A DNA stretch of 64,000 bases from an uncultured delta proteobacterium (GTDB lineage Bacteria; Myxococcota_A; Polyangia; Polyangiales; Polyangiaceae), in NCBI GenBank assembly GCA_963782055.1, contig CAWAIF010000003.1, positions 352,001 to 416,000 of the forward strand, given 5' to 3'. The position numbers and the translations under genes are program-made. Shown piece by piece: positions 50,942 to 63,865 of the stretch (its first letter is position 1; each line of letters opens with the position of its first letter). Under the pieces are notes generated by a model. It saw only the letters and a program-made list of their open reading frames with translations. It ran no database searches and was not told the DNA's origin.

Positions 50942-51399
50942 TGCGGCTCTCCACCCGTCGCGAGACCACGCGGCTGGGGCAGCGCATCGCGGCGGTGCTC
51001 GGCCCGGGCGACCTCTGCGTGCTCACCGGCGAGCTGGGCGCCGGCAAGACCTTCCTCGCCCGCGCCCTCGCGCGCGCGCTCGGCGTGCCGGCGGAGGAGC
51101 GCGTCGGCAGCCCCACCTTCGGACTGGTGCACGAGTACGAGACGCCGCGCGGCACCCTGCTGCACGCCGACCTCTACCGGCTCGAGGCGAAGGACGCGGA
51201 GTCGCTGGCGCGGGAGATCGCGCGGCTCGGCCTGCGCGAGCGACGCGCCGAGGGCGCGATCGTGCTGTGCGAGTGGGGCGAGCGCGCGGGCGCGACGCTG
51301 GGCCCGGCGCCCGATCTGCACGTGCGCCTCCGCTTCGCCGCCGGCGGGCGCGGCCGCGAGGCCGAGCTCTCCGGGCGTCTCGCCCCGGGGCTCGTCTGA
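50941..51399 (+). CDS. tsaE: tRNA threonylcarbamoyladenosine biosynthesis ATPase
   Basis: [33 protein letters not shown]. Confidence 0.95.
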
Positions 51400-51400
51400 G

Positions 51401-53734
51401 ATGGCCGGCCCGGGCGATCGCCGGAGGGTCCTCGTCGCCGCGCTGCTGGCGCTGGCGGTCGCCGCGTTGATCGCGCGCTCCGCGCGCCGGTGCGCGAGCG
51501 CGGGCAGCCGGGGCCACCTGGAGCTCGTCACCGCCGTCGCGCGCTTCGACGTCCACGAGGAGGGGAAGCTCGACATCGCCACGACCGACGGCGCGCGCGC
51601 CCTCGCCGCCGAGCTCCACGTGCTGCACGACGGCGACGTGCTGCCGCTCGACCTCGCGCGGCTCGGCCCGCGCCTGGGTGGTGGCCTCTCCGGTCTGGTC
51701 ACCGTGGCGGGGGTCGACGGCAAGCTGGTGATCCGCACGCGCGCCCCCGACGTGCTCGAGCTCTCCATCGACGCGCCGGGCCTGGGCGGCTCTCCGGCGG
51801 AGGCGCGGGGCGAGTGGGTGGGGACGCGGCTCGCCCTGGTGCTGCCCATCGACCGGCGCGCGGTGTTCGTGAGCGGCCGCGGGCTCCTCGCCGACCTCGC
51901 GCGGGAGTCCGGCCCCCACGTGGTGCTCGACGATCCGGCGCACCCCCTCGGCTTCGAGGCGGCCGCGGGCAACGTGGACGTCGCGATCGGGCCGCCGCGG
52001 GACGACGGCGGCATGCGCCTCTCGGTCGCCGCGCCATTGACCGACGGCAAGGCGACGCTGCGCGTGGTGGTGGGCTCCTCCGGCGCCGGCGTGTGGCGCA
52101 CCCTCTTCGAGCTCGCCGGCGAGCACACCGCCCGGGTCGCCGGGTCGGTCACCGGCGTATCTGGCCCCGCGCAGGTGGTGGGCCTCGGGCCGGACGGCGC
52201 GCAGCGAGTCCGCGTCGCCACCGACGCGGGCGGCCACTTCGAGCTCTTCGTCCCGGAGTCGGTGTCCCGCTGGTACGCGAGCGAGAACGCCACGCGCACC
52301 AGCTCGCCGGTGACCTTCAAGCCGGGGACGCCCTTCCCCCTCGATCTCGACGTCTCCGATGGCGGCGAGATCCACGTCCGGGTGCAGGACGCCGACACCC
52401 ACCAGCCGCTCACCGCCCGGCTGCTGGTGCACGGGATCGACGGCACCCTCGACCCCGACTTCGGGCCGGACTACCGCGCCTCCGGCGCCGGCCCCATCAT
52501 CGACGCCCTGCGCGGGGAGGTCACCACGCCGCTGCCGGCGGGCAAGTACCGCGTCGCGGCGACCAAGGGCATCGAGTGGAGCGTCGACGCGCAGGAGATC
52601 ACCGTCGAGCCGGGCAAGTCGGTGGACCTGTCGCTCGCGCCGCGACACGTCGTGCCCACGCCCGGCGAGATCGGGTGCGATCTGCACGTCCACGCGCGGC
52701 CCAGCTTCGACTCGCCGGTCACGGTGGAGGACCGCGTGCTGTCGCTCGTCGCCGCCGGCGTCGACTTCGCCGTCCCGACCGAGCACAACATCGTCGGCGA
52801 CTACGGCCCGCCGCTGAAGCTGCTCGGTCTGTCCGGCGAGATGGCCACGGTGACGGGCGTGGAGGTCACCACCTTCTCCCCGCGCTTCGGCCACTTCGGC
52901 GTCTTCCCGTACCCAAGGAGCCGGCCGGTGCCGCCCTTCCGCCACTCCACCGCGGCGAAGGTCTTCGCCGCCGCGCACGCCGGCGATCCGAACCGCGTGC
53001 TGCAAATCAACCACCCGCGCCTGCCGAAGGGCATCGGCTACTTCAGCGTCTCCGGCTGGGACCGGCGCGGCCCGCTCCCCAAGCACATGCGCACCGACTT
53101 CGACGCGCTGGAGGTCTACAACGGCTACGACCTGCCCAGCCCGCACCGCGTGGACGAGGTGATGGCCGACTGGTTCGCCCTGCTGAACATGGGGCACCGC
53201 TACGTCGCCACCGGCAGCAGCGACTCGCACCGCATCCAGTACCAGTGGGCGGGCTACCCGCGGACGATGGTGCGTTACGCCGACGCCGACGCGCCCGTCG
53301 ACCCGCTGGCGGTCGTCGCCGCCATCAAGAAGGGGCACGCCACGGTCACGAGCGGGCCCATCATCGAGCTCCAGCTCGGCGGTGGCCGTCCGGGCGACGA
53401 GGTCTCCGCCGGCGGACCCACCGTCAGCGGTCACGTGGTGGTGCGCGCCGCGCCGTGGGTGGACGTGACGCAGCTCGCCGTCGTCGCCAACGGCCGCACG
53501 GTGCAGACCCTGTCCATCGAGTCGCGGCCCACCGAGCTGGGGCCGGAGGCGGGCACGCTGGAGGAGGCGCAGGCCCGCACGATCCGCCTGGCGACCGATC
53601 TGCACGTGGACGTGGCGCCCGGTACCACGTGGGTCGTCGTCGTCGCGCGGGGCGAGCGCCGCCTGGACGATGTCCTCCCCTTCATGCCGGTCCAGCCGCT
53701 CGGCTTCACCAACCCGGTGTGGGTCAAGCGCTGA
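51401..53734 (+). CDS. CehA/McbA-type PHP-fold metallohydrolase
   Basis: GCDLHVH, PTEHN, GVEVT, GHFGVFP, QINHPR, EVYNG, GSSDSH, FTNPVWV. Confidence 0.88.
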   Translation: MAGPGDRRRVLVAALLALAVAALIARSARRCASAGSRGHLELVTAVARFDVHEEGKLDIATTDGARALAAELHVLHDGDVLPLDLARLGPRLGGGLSGLVTVAGVDGKLVIRTRAPDVLELSIDAPGLGGSPAEARGEWVGTRLALVLPIDRRAVFVSGRGLLADLARESGPHVVLDDPAHPLGFEAAAGNVDVAIGPPRDDGGMRLSVAAPLTDGKATLRVVVGSSGAGVWRTLFELAGEHTARVAGSVTGVSGPAQVVGLGPDGAQRVRVATDAGGHFELFVPESVSRWYASENATRTSSPVTFKPGTPFPLDLDVSDGGEIHVRVQDADTHQPLTARLLVHGIDGTLDPDFGPDYRASGAGPIIDALRGEVTTPLPAGKYRVAATKGIEWSVDAQEITVEPGKSVDLSLAPRHVVPTPGEIGCDLHVHARPSFDSPVTVEDRVLSLVAAGVDFAVPTEHNIVGDYGPPLKLLGLSGEMATVTGVEVTTFSPRFGHFGVFPYPRSRPVPPFRHSTAAKVFAAAHAGDPNRVLQINHPRLPKGIGYFSVSGWDRRGPLPKHMRTDFDALEVYNGYDLPSPHRVDEVMADWFALLNMGHRYVATGSSDSHRIQYQWAGYPRTMVRYADADAPVDPLAVVAAIKKGHATVTSGPIIELQLGGGRPGDEVSAGGPTVSGHVVVRAAPWVDVTQLAVVANGRTVQTLSIESRPTELGPEAGTLEEAQARTIRLATDLHVDVAPGTTWVVVVARGERRLDDVLPFMPVQPLGFTNPVWVKR

Positions 53735-54020
53735 CCTCCGAGCCCAGCAGCAGGCGCCCTTGCGGCTCGCGGTCTCGTGCTAGAGTGGCAGTAAGGCTGC
53801 AAGAATAGGCTATGGGTGAAATCTGCGGGGGTCCTGGTGACGAGGCGAACGGCGTCCATTGGGTGCTGTCGCATGGTAGCGTCCCGGCCTCTTTCCCACC
53901 GAACGCGCGCTCACGCGCCACCGAGGAAGTCGTGAGGGGGATCGGTCTCTTCACCGCCACCACCTTTGCAGAATGCACCGATCGCGCCGGGGACGCGGCG
54001 CGCGTGCGGAGGTGCACGGC

Positions 54021-57000
54021 GTGAACGTCAACGCCGCCTTCGGTCGGTACCGGCTGCTGGAGCGCCTCGGCCAGGGGGGCATGGCGGAGGTCTTCAAGGC
54101 GAAGAGCTATGGCGTGGAGGGCTTCGAGAAGGTCCTCGTCATCAAGCGCATCCTGCCCGAGCTGGCGCGCAGCCAGGACTTCGTGGACATGTTCATCCAC
54201 GAGGCGAAGCTCGCCGTCCGCCTCTCGCACGCCAACATCGTGCAGGTGTTCGACCTGGGCATCGCGCCGGTCACCGACCCGAAGGGCAACAAGCTCCCCG
54301 ACGCCTACTTCATGGCGATGGAGTACGTGCACGGGCTGGACCTCGCCACGCTCCTCGCGCGGTGCCGCCGCCAGCAGGCCCCCGCGCCGATCGCCATGGC
54401 CGTCTACGTCTGCGCGGAGGTCGCCAAGGGGCTCGACCACGCACACCGCCGCCGCGACGAGCAGCTCCGTCCGCTCGGGATCGTCCACCGCGATGTGTCC
54501 CCGCAGAACGTGCTCCTCTCCTTCGAGGGTGAGGTGAAGGTCACCGACTTCGGCATCGCCAAGGCGCGTGGCGTGCTCGAGCGCGAGGTGGAGGACACCC
54601 GCACCCGTCAGCTCCACGGCAAGTTCGGGTACATGAGCCCGGAGCAGGCGCGCGGCGAGCCGGTGGACGCCCGCAGCGACATCTTCTCCCTCGGCATCGT
54701 GCTCTACGAGTGCCTCGCCGGGGTGAACCCCTTCAGCGCGCCGACGACCTTCGAGACCCTGCGCCGGGTGCAGGCGTGCGAGTACCCGCCCGTCGAGCTG
54801 CTCCGCCCCGACGTGCCGACGGAGCTGGTCAACGTCCTCAAGACGGCGCTGGCCAAGGAGACGAAGGACCGCTACGCCGACGCCGGTCGCCTCTACGAGG
54901 CCATGCTCGCCTTCCTCTACGGCCACGGCAGCCGCTACGGCGCGCACGACCTGAGCGAGTTCTTGAGCGGCTTCGCGCAGGGGGAGGAGGCGCACGGCTC
55001 CAGCGCGCCCTCGCTGGGCGACCCGATGCTCGAGAGCGAGGCGGCGAGCTCTCACGTCAACGAGCGCACCCCCGTGGAGGTGCCGCCCTCGCGCTCGCTC
55101 TCCTCCGGGAACATCTCGCGCGTGGACACCGGCGTGCGCTTCGTCGCGCTGGACCGCGCCGCCGGCGTCGGCGAGCGGCGGGAGGTCACCGCGCTGGTCA
55201 TCGAGTTCCCGCGCGGGGCGGACGCCTCGCTGGTGGACACGGCCGCGCAGATCGTGGAGCGCTACGGCGGGCGCGTGCACCGGAAGGAAGCCGACCAGCT
55301 CGCCGCCCTCTTCGGCCTGGGGGACCCGGACGGCCGCGACACCGAGGTGGCCACCCGCTGCGGTCTGGTCACCCTCCGTTCCATCGGTGGCTCCACCCGG
55401 CCGAGCGCGGGCCTGCACACCGGCCGCATCCACGTCACCGCGGAGGGCGAGCCCACCGAGGACGAGCGCCTGAGCGGGCTGGTCGCGTCGGCGCGCGAGC
55501 TGGCCCGCGCGCGGGAGGGCCGCCTCGCCATCTCCGGCGCGGCGATGCGTCAGGTGAAGGGCCTCTTCGTGTTCGAGGCGCTCGCCACCGGCGACCAGAC
55601 GCCGGTGATGGTGTCCGGCTCGCTGGTCAAGGACGTGCGCGGCCACGCGGAGACGTTCGGCCGCTTCGTCGGCCGCAAGGAGGAGCTGCGCAAGATCGGC
55701 GAGGTGCTCGCCGCCGCCACGCGCCGCAGCGCCCGTGCGCTCACGGTGCGCGGCGGCCACGGCGTCGGCAAGACGCGCCTGCTGGTGGAGGTGGAGCGGC
55801 GCCTGGGCAAGGGCAACTACAACGTGGGCTGGTACATCGCCACCTGCCCCCCGCGCGGCCGCGAGTACCCGCTCTCCGGGATCGTGTGCATGCTGCAGGT
55901 CCTCTGCGGCATCAACGAGGGCGACCCTCCGGACCGCGTGCTCGCCGTGCAGCCGCGCCTGCGCGCCCTGGGCCTGCACGACGAGGAGGTCGGCGCCATC
56001 ATGACCGCCCTCGGCGCCAACGTCCCCACCTACTCTTCGGCGAACGCGAAGACGGCCCTGCGCGGCGCCTTCACGCGCATGGTGGCGAGCCTCTGCGAGG
56101 ACAAGCCGCACACCTTCGCGTGGGACAACGCCCACAACATGGACGAGGACAGCTTCTCCATCCTGGAGGCCGCGTTCGAGCGACTCTCGCACGCGCGCGT
56201 CGTCTTCGCCTTCACCGCGCGGGAGGGCTTCTCCCACCCGGTCCAGCGCTCTCCGCACCACGTCTCCATCGACCTCACCGACCTGAAGACCGAGGACATC
56301 AGCCGCCTGGTCGCGCTGCGCCTCGGGACCGAGTCCGCGCCGGAGGATCTCGTCCGCTTCGTGCGCGAGCGTACGGGCGGGCACCCGCAGTTCATCGAGG
56401 AGGTCATCAAGGCCTTGCTCGACGCCGGGGCGGTGACGATTGCCGACGGCCGCGTCGTCTCGATGCGCCTGCTCGGGCAGGAGCTGGCGCTCCCGAAGAC
56501 CCTGCGCGGCCTGGTGGCCTCCCGCGTCGCGCGCCTCTCCGCGGAGGACCGCGCCACCTTGCAGGCGGCCGCGGTGCTGGGCGATCCGGTCGACTCCGGC
56601 GTGCTCTCGCGCATGCTGGAGCAGCCCCTCGCCGCGCTGGAGCGCTCGCTGTCCACCCTCAAGTCCAGCGAGTTCTTGCTGCACACCGGCCCCTCCGAGC
56701 TGCGCTTCACCTCCCCCATGGTGCGGGAGGTGGTGGTCGACGCCCTGCCGCAGGACGCCGCGCGCGAGATGCACGCGGCCGCCGGCAGCGCTCTCGAGCA
56801 GGAGGAGGGGGACCGCGCCTGGGAGCAGGCCGCGCGCATCGCCATGCACTTCTACGAATCGGGCGACCGCGAGCGCGCGGCCACCTACTTCGCCAGGAGC
56901 GGCGAGCGTCGCGTGGAGGCGCGGCAGCTCGAGGCGGCCGTGCGCGACTACGCGCGCGCCATCGAGCTGTGCAACACCTCCGCGCGCGAACCGGCGGAGC

Positions 57001-57995
57001 TCGCCGACTGGCTGGACGGCCTCGCCGCGGCGGTGCGCATGGTCCGCGCCGCGCCGGAGGCGAGCGAGACGTGCGAGCGCGTCATCGCGCGGATGGACAC
57101 GACGAGCGACGTCGCGCTGCGCGTGCGGTCTCGCGTCGCCGCCACGCGCATCCTGGTGGCGCTCCACAAGTTCGACGCCGCGGTGCCCTACCTGGCCGAG
57201 GCCGAGCGCATCGCCGCCGGGAACGACCCGCTCATGAAGACCGTGCTCGTCGCCTCCGCCGAGCTCGCCGGCCGCCGCGGGGACTTCAACAGCTCGCTGC
57301 AGCTGCTCACCCGCATGCAGAAGCTGGCCACGGTCGAGGGCGACAAGCAGGAGGAGCACAAGATCCTCACCAACCTGACGCAGGCCCACGCCGCGCTGGG
57401 GGATCGCAACGCCGCCACCCAGACCCTCGCCCGCGCCGAGGCCCTGCTGCCGAACGACGCGGCCGCCGCGTGCGAGCGGCAGAAGCTGCGCGGCCTGATG
57501 TACTACTTCCTGCGCGACTACCCGCTCGCCGCGCTGGAGATCGAGAAGGCGGTCGACGTGGCGCGCTCCCTCGGCCTCACCTACGAGATCGCCGTCAACC
57601 TCCACAACCTGGGGGACGTGCTCATCCGCCTCGAGGACTACGCGCGCGCGTACGGCGCGTTGCAGCAGTCGGTGGCGCTCTGCGAGGAGTACGGCTTCGA
57701 CCGGCTCTCCAGCCACAACCGGATGCTGCTGGCGTACCTGGCTGGCTACAAGGGCGATGGCGAGGCGCAGGACCAGCTCGCCGCCGGCATCCGGTACGCG
57801 CAGGCGAACGAGTACATGTGGGACGTCATCAGCGGTCGCTTCCTCAAGGCGAAGCTCCTGCTCCACCAGGGCAAGCGCGACGAGGCCTTCAAGGACTTCA
57901 CCGAGCTGCGGGAGCTGGCGCGGGTGAACGGCCACCGGATGATCGTGGACGACTGCGAAGCCGTCCTCGCGGCGTCCACACCCGCTTCTTCCTGA
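54021..57995 (+). CDS. Ser/Thr kinase fused to cyclase-like, P-loop ATPase and TPR domains
   Basis: GQGGMAEV, HRDVSPQN, DFG, YMSPEQ; FVGRKEEL, GGHGVGKT; TPR-like C-terminus; GGAGG before GTG 54021. Confidence 0.95.
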   Translation: MNVNAAFGRYRLLERLGQGGMAEVFKAKSYGVEGFEKVLVIKRILPELARSQDFVDMFIHEAKLAVRLSHANIVQVFDLGIAPVTDPKGNKLPDAYFMAMEYVHGLDLATLLARCRRQQAPAPIAMAVYVCAEVAKGLDHAHRRRDEQLRPLGIVHRDVSPQNVLLSFEGEVKVTDFGIAKARGVLEREVEDTRTRQLHGKFGYMSPEQARGEPVDARSDIFSLGIVLYECLAGVNPFSAPTTFETLRRVQACEYPPVELLRPDVPTELVNVLKTALAKETKDRYADAGRLYEAMLAFLYGHGSRYGAHDLSEFLSGFAQGEEAHGSSAPSLGDPMLESEAASSHVNERTPVEVPPSRSLSSGNISRVDTGVRFVALDRAAGVGERREVTALVIEFPRGADASLVDTAAQIVERYGGRVHRKEADQLAALFGLGDPDGRDTEVATRCGLVTLRSIGGSTRPSAGLHTGRIHVTAEGEPTEDERLSGLVASARELARAREGRLAISGAAMRQVKGLFVFEALATGDQTPVMVSGSLVKDVRGHAETFGRFVGRKEELRKIGEVLAAATRRSARALTVRGGHGVGKTRLLVEVERRLGKGNYNVGWYIATCPPRGREYPLSGIVCMLQVLCGINEGDPPDRVLAVQPRLRALGLHDEEVGAIMTALGANVPTYSSANAKTALRGAFTRMVASLCEDKPHTFAWDNAHNMDEDSFSILEAAFERLSHARVVFAFTAREGFSHPVQRSPHHVSIDLTDLKTEDISRLVALRLGTESAPEDLVRFVRERTGGHPQFIEEVIKALLDAGAVTIADGRVVSMRLLGQELALPKTLRGLVASRVARLSAEDRATLQAAAVLGDPVDSGVLSRMLEQPLAALERSLSTLKSSEFLLHTGPSELRFTSPMVREVVVDALPQDAAREMHAAAGSALEQEEGDRAWEQAARIAMHFYESGDRERAATYFARSGERRVEARQLEAAVRDYARAIELCNTSAREPAELADWLDGLAAAVRMVRAAPEASETCERVIARMDTTSDVALRVRSRVAATRILVALHKFDAAVPYLAEAERIAAGNDPLMKTVLVASAELAGRRGDFNSSLQLLTRMQKLATVEGDKQEEHKILTNLTQAHAALGDRNAATQTLARAEALLPNDAAAACERQKLRGLMYYFLRDYPLAALEIEKAVDVARSLGLTYEIAVNLHNLGDVLIRLEDYARAYGALQQSVALCEEYGFDRLSSHNRMLLAYLAGYKGDGEAQDQLAAGIRYAQANEYMWDVISGRFLKAKLLLHQGKRDEAFKDFTELRELARVNGHRMIVDDCEAVLAASTPASS

Positions 57996-58146
57996 CGTTG
58001 GCGGGGCGGGATGCCCGGCAGCCAGACCGATGTCCGGCGTTGCGTCCGATCGTCGGCATGCTAGCGATCTGCGTCGGCGCGCGCAGCTCACGGGCACGGG
58101 TGCGGGATGGAGGAATGGACCGGTGCATGCTTCCGTATCAAAGGAC

Positions 58147-59571
58147 ATGGGCCCGCGGCGTCTCTTCCGGTGGCTTCTGGCCGTGGCGCTGCCGCTCGCG
58201 TGCGGGTGCGAGGCGCCCATCCTCGCCAACGACGGGACGGTCGTCTTTCCTGAGACCGGCGCGCACGGCGCCAACGTCCTGACCGCCAACGGCGTGGAGT
58301 TCCACGACCGCCGGGATGTCCCCAAGCGGCTGATCCACCGCACCGTCGACGAACCGTGGCGCGCGCCTGTCGGGTTCATCCTGCCCCGGGACGGCCGCTT
58401 CACGCAGACCAGTCGCCCCACCGTGGTGGGGACGCCCGGCCTGGCCTTCGCGCTGCGGCCCAGCGACTCGCGTGTGCCTTCCTGGGGCGGCGAGGTGCTG
58501 GTGCGTGTCGACATCCTCGCCCCGGCGGCGCGCGGCATGTCGCGCCCCGCGGAGAACCTGGCCATCGTCCTGGACGGCTCCGGTCCGGACGCGATGACCT
58601 TGCTGGACGACGCCATCGCTCACCTGGGCGCGAGCGATCGGTTGATGGTCGTGGACTCGCGGGGGCCGAAGCTCGTCGTCCCTCTCATCCCGGCGAACCA
58701 TCGCTCCCTCGCCGAGGCCGCCGCCGAGAAGCGCCTGGGTGACGACACCCCGCGCGAGCCTCGTGATCTCGGCGGCGCGATGCGCATCGCCCGCAACATC
58801 ATCGGCATCGGCCCCCAGCGCCGCGTGGTGGTGCTGACCGATGGCGCGGTGGAGCCGGGCCCGGTGGCGGTGGTCCTGGCGCAGCGAATGGGCGCGGGTC
58901 ACGTCCCGGTGAGCGTGATCGCCACCCGCGCCGGCGCCGACCCGGCGCGCCTGGGCAGCCTGGTGGCGGGGGAGGGGACGCTGGCGTACGGCGACGACCC
59001 GGGCGGCCGGGAGATCGCCATGAACGAGGCCGTACCCCCCGCGGGGGCGACGGTCTTCAAGAACGTCGTGCTCACCTTCCGCGGCGACCCGGCGCCGTCG
59101 CACGTGCTGGAGACCTCCGGCGGGTCGGTGCGCTGGCGGCTGGACGCCGGCGAGCTGGTGCTCGGCGACGTCATCGCCGGCGAGGCTCGCACCGAGGTCG
59201 TGCGCGTGACCGTGCCGCCCTACGTGTCCGGTGAGCCCTTCACCTTCGAGGTCACCGCCCACGCGACCGACGCGCAGACGGGCCAGCCGCGCACCTTCGG
59301 CACCGAGCTTCACTGCGTCTACGACGACGACATCGAGCGCATCGCGGAGTCGCGCTACGGCGACGTCATCGCGTACGCCTCCGCGCTCGCCACCCTCAAG
59401 CGCCTGGACGCGGCGTTCGTGGGAGAGGGCGTGGCGCAAGCGGGTGGCATCTACGCCCTCGCCCGCCTGCACGCCCAGTCGATGGCCCTGCTCGCGCGCG
59501 ACACCCACGACCGCGCCATCACCGAGCAGGCGGAGGTCCTCAACGCGCTGCTCGCCGTCGAGCACGACTGA
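58147..59571 (+). CDS. Lipoprotein with degenerate VWA domain
   Basis: LACG-C lipobox; NLAIVLDGSG and RVVVLTDG. Confidence 0.75.
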   Translation: MGPRRLFRWLLAVALPLACGCEAPILANDGTVVFPETGAHGANVLTANGVEFHDRRDVPKRLIHRTVDEPWRAPVGFILPRDGRFTQTSRPTVVGTPGLAFALRPSDSRVPSWGGEVLVRVDILAPAARGMSRPAENLAIVLDGSGPDAMTLLDDAIAHLGASDRLMVVDSRGPKLVVPLIPANHRSLAEAAAEKRLGDDTPREPRDLGGAMRIARNIIGIGPQRRVVVLTDGAVEPGPVAVVLAQRMGAGHVPVSVIATRAGADPARLGSLVAGEGTLAYGDDPGGREIAMNEAVPPAGATVFKNVVLTFRGDPAPSHVLETSGGSVRWRLDAGELVLGDVIAGEARTEVVRVTVPPYVSGEPFTFEVTAHATDAQTGQPRTFGTELHCVYDDDIERIAESRYGDVIAYASALATLKRLDAAFVGEGVAQAGGIYALARLHAQSMALLARDTHDRAITEQAEVLNALLAVEHD

Positions 59572-59603
59572 GCGACGCCCTCCTCTCTTCTCCGCTCTCG
59601 AGG

Positions 59604-60431
59604 CTACGCCAGGCCGATGCTCTCCACCTCGCCGCCGCGCACGTCGTAGAGACGCACGCGCGGGCTCGCCTCGTCGTCCACCACCGCCGGCGCCCCGAAG
59701 ATGCGCGCGCGGCCGTGGCCACGCGACGACGCGGCGCGGACGGAGAGGTCGACGATGCGGTCGACGGCGCGGTGCAGATGCCCGTGGAACATGTGCACGT
59801 TGGGGTGGCGGAGCATCATGGCGAACACGCGCGCGTAGCCGATGAGGCCGTCCACCCATTGCCACACCGCGCCGCGGTCGTACGGGGGGTGGTGCTGCAC
59901 GATGAGCACCGGCTTGCGGCCGAGCGCCGGGTCGGCGAGGCGCCGCTCCAGCGCGGTCGCGGTGTCGTCGCGCAGCTCGCCGGCGGACCGGGCGATGCTC
60001 TGGTAGCGGGTGACGTCGACGGGCAGCACGTAGGCGTCGCCCAGGTCGAGCACCCGCCCGGCGCCCTGCGCGGCGTGGCTCGCGAAGGGGCGCAGCGGGC
60101 CGGCGAGGGCGCGGCTCCAGCCGTCCACGGCGGTGTAGGCGTCGTGGTTGCCGGGGACCAGCGTGACCTCGCCAGGGCGGAGCCCCGCGTCGTGCAGGCC
60201 GCCGGCGAACGCCTCGAACTGCGCGGGCGTGCCGACCTCGGTCAGGTCGCCGGACATGACGAAGTGGGTGGCGCCGGCGCGGCGGCCGGTGGCGACCGCG
60301 CGCTGGAGCTTGCGGACGCGATCCTGCGCGTCGAGCGGGCGGCCGAAGCTGACGAAGCGGGTGTCGAAGCCGAAGCTGCGGCTCGGCTCCAGGATGTGGA
60401 TGTCGGAGATGTGTGCGATTCGCGTGCTCAT
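59604..60431 (-). CDS. Calcineurin-like metallophosphoesterase
   Basis: HISDIH, SGDLT, VPGNHD, HHPP, HGHLH. Confidence 0.95.
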   Translation of the reverse strand: MSTRIAHISDIHILEPSRSFGFDTRFVSFGRPLDAQDRVRKLQRAVATGRRAGATHFVMSGDLTEVGTPAQFEAFAGGLHDAGLRPGEVTLVPGNHDAYTAVDGWSRALAGPLRPFASHAAQGAGRVLDLGDAYVLPVDVTRYQSIARSAGELRDDTATALERRLADPALGRKPVLIVQHHPPYDRGAVWQWVDGLIGYARVFAMMLRHPNVHMFHGHLHRAVDRIVDLSVRAASSRGHGRARIFGAPAVVDDEASPRVRLYDVRGGEVESIGLA

Positions 60432-60692
60432 GGCATCCTCACCGGACGGGTGTCGCGTGCCCGGGGGCACGCGGATGCGCGCGGCGCCGAGGCGCGCCAC
60501 CCCCGCGTGGCAGAAGTCAGGTCCCTGCCCCGGTACCCTGCGGTCCGGGGGGAGGCGCCTCGGTGCCCGAGCACGACCTGCGCGCTCGGCTGGCCCTCAT
60601 TGTAGCACCCGGCATGTCGCCCGGTGGTCGCCTCTGCAACGTTCCGGAAAACTTGCAGACTACAAGCGAAGCGAGGGGCGCCGGTCGGCCTC

Positions 60693-62140
<1,448 letters not shown>

Positions 62141-62144
<4 letters not shown>

Positions 62145-63037
62145 GCCGACAGCAGCCTCCTGCCCATCGCCTCCCCCGCGTCGCGCGCCTCCGCCTCCGA
62201 CGCCGGCCACGGCGCGCGCGTCTCGTCGCGGCGGAGGCGCGAGCCGTCCGGGTCGGTCACGAAGGCGCGCAGCACCATCGTCTCGCCGTCGCGCCACGCG
62301 TGGGCGCCCAGCGGCGTCTTGCAGTCGCCGCCCAGCGCCCCGAGCACGCCTCGCTCGGCCGCCACGCGCGCCGCGGTCTCGGGGTCGTGCATCGTGGCGA
62401 GGAGGCGGGCCACGTCGGCGTCCGCCGCGCGCGCCTCGATGCCCAGCGCCCCCTGGCCCACCGCGGGCAGGGAGACGTCCACCGCCAGCACCTCCGTCGC
62501 CCGCGCCTCCAGCCCCAGTCGGACGAGGCCCGCTCGCGCCAGCACGATGGCGTCCGCCTCCCCGGCGTCCACCTTGCGCAGCCGCGTGTCCACGTTGCCC
62601 CGCAGCGGGATCACCTGCAGGTCCGGGCGGGCGAGGTGGAGCGCCGCCGCGCGTCGCAGGCTGCTCGTCCCGACGCGCGCCCCGCGGGGAAGCGCGGCGA
62701 GGGTGCCGTGCCGCGGGGCGACCAGCACGTCCCGCGGATCCTCCCGTGCGGGCACGCACACCAGCGCGAGCCCCTCCGGCAGCGCCGCGGGCACGTCCTT
62801 GATGGAGTGCACGGCGAAGTCCGCCTCCCGCGCGAGCAGCGCCTCCTCGATCTCCTTCACGAAGAGGCCCTTGCCGCCGATGTCGGCGAGCGGCCGGTCC
62901 TGGATGCGGTCGCCGCTGGTGACGACCTGCTTCTCCTCGGTCTCCAGCTCCGGGTTTCTGGCGCGGAGCGCGGCGACGAAGGCGCGGCACTGGGCGAGGG
63001 CGAGGGCGGAGCGGCGGGTCGCGTAGACGAGTCGCAC
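62141..63037 (-). CDS. hemC: Hydroxymethylbilane synthase
   Basis: TRRSALALAQ, GGKGLFVKEIE, VHSIKD, GTSSLRR, RGNVDTRL, GGDCKTP. Confidence 0.97.
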
Positions 63038-63100
63038 GCCCGGAGGCTACTCGACGCAAAAACAGGGCGAAAGGAAGTTGCTCGAGCGCCTCCTGTGACT

Positions 63101-63865
63101 ATGCTCGGGGCCGTGCGTCCCGGCTCTGCTTTTCGCATCACCCTCGCCACGCTCGCCGGTGTGATGATCCTCGTCTTCTTCGGCGGTTCCGCGTGGGCCC
63201 GTGCGGCGCGCAAGGTGCCCGATCCGTCGCGCCTGCAGGTGCATGGCGCGCCGGACGCCTTCTATTACCGCCCCTTCGGCCGCGGTCTGCGGCCGGTGAT
63301 CATGTACCTCCACGGCCGCGGGGCCAACCCGGCGGAAGATTGCCGCAAGTGGGCGCACGTCGCGCGGCGCTTCGGCTGGGTGGTCTGCCCGCAGGGCCCG
63401 GAGGATCGCGGCAACGGCACCCGCGGGTGGAACAACAACGCGGCCGCCGGGGAGGTGATCGTCCAGGCCACGCTCCACGCGCTGCGCGCCAAGTTCCACC
63501 GCCGGGTCCAGCTCTACGGCAACGTCCTCGTGGGCTTCAGCGAGGGCGCCTTCGTGGCGATGCAGGTGGGCATCCACGAGCCGCACACCTGGAACCGCTG
63601 GCTCATCCTCGCCGCCAACGATCAGTACTGGTACGGCCGCGCGCCGCCACTCCTCCACCAGAACCGCCGCAAGATCCACCGGGTCTTCCTCTTCACCGGG
63701 GAGACGGACGAGGTCGCGCCAAACACCAAGAAAGTCGCGGACATCCTCCATCACGAGCATGTCCGCTGCAAGACCAAGATCGCCCCCGGGATGGGCCACG
63801 AGGTCCCCGGCGACCGCATGATCACCAACTACCGCCGCCCGCTGATGTGGCTGCTCGCCGGCTGA
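63101..63865 (+). CDS. Secreted alpha/beta hydrolase (esterase-like)
   Basis: YLHGRG, GFSEG nucleophile elbow, GETD, GMGH. Confidence 0.88.
   Translation: MLGAVRPGSAFRITLATLAGVMILVFFGGSAWARAARKVPDPSRLQVHGAPDAFYYRPFGRGLRPVIMYLHGRGANPAEDCRKWAHVARRFGWVVCPQGPEDRGNGTRGWNNNAAAGEVIVQATLHALRAKFHRRVQLYGNVLVGFSEGAFVAMQVGIHEPHTWNRWLILAANDQYWYGRAPPLLHQNRRKIHRVFLFTGETDEVAPNTKKVADILHHEHVRCKTKIAPGMGHEVPGDRMITNYRRPLMWLLAG

Noticed and set aside
54021..57995. Kinase-ATPase-TPR fusion as a novel defence system
   Set aside because: This architecture is common in myxobacteria and there are no defence-type neighbours
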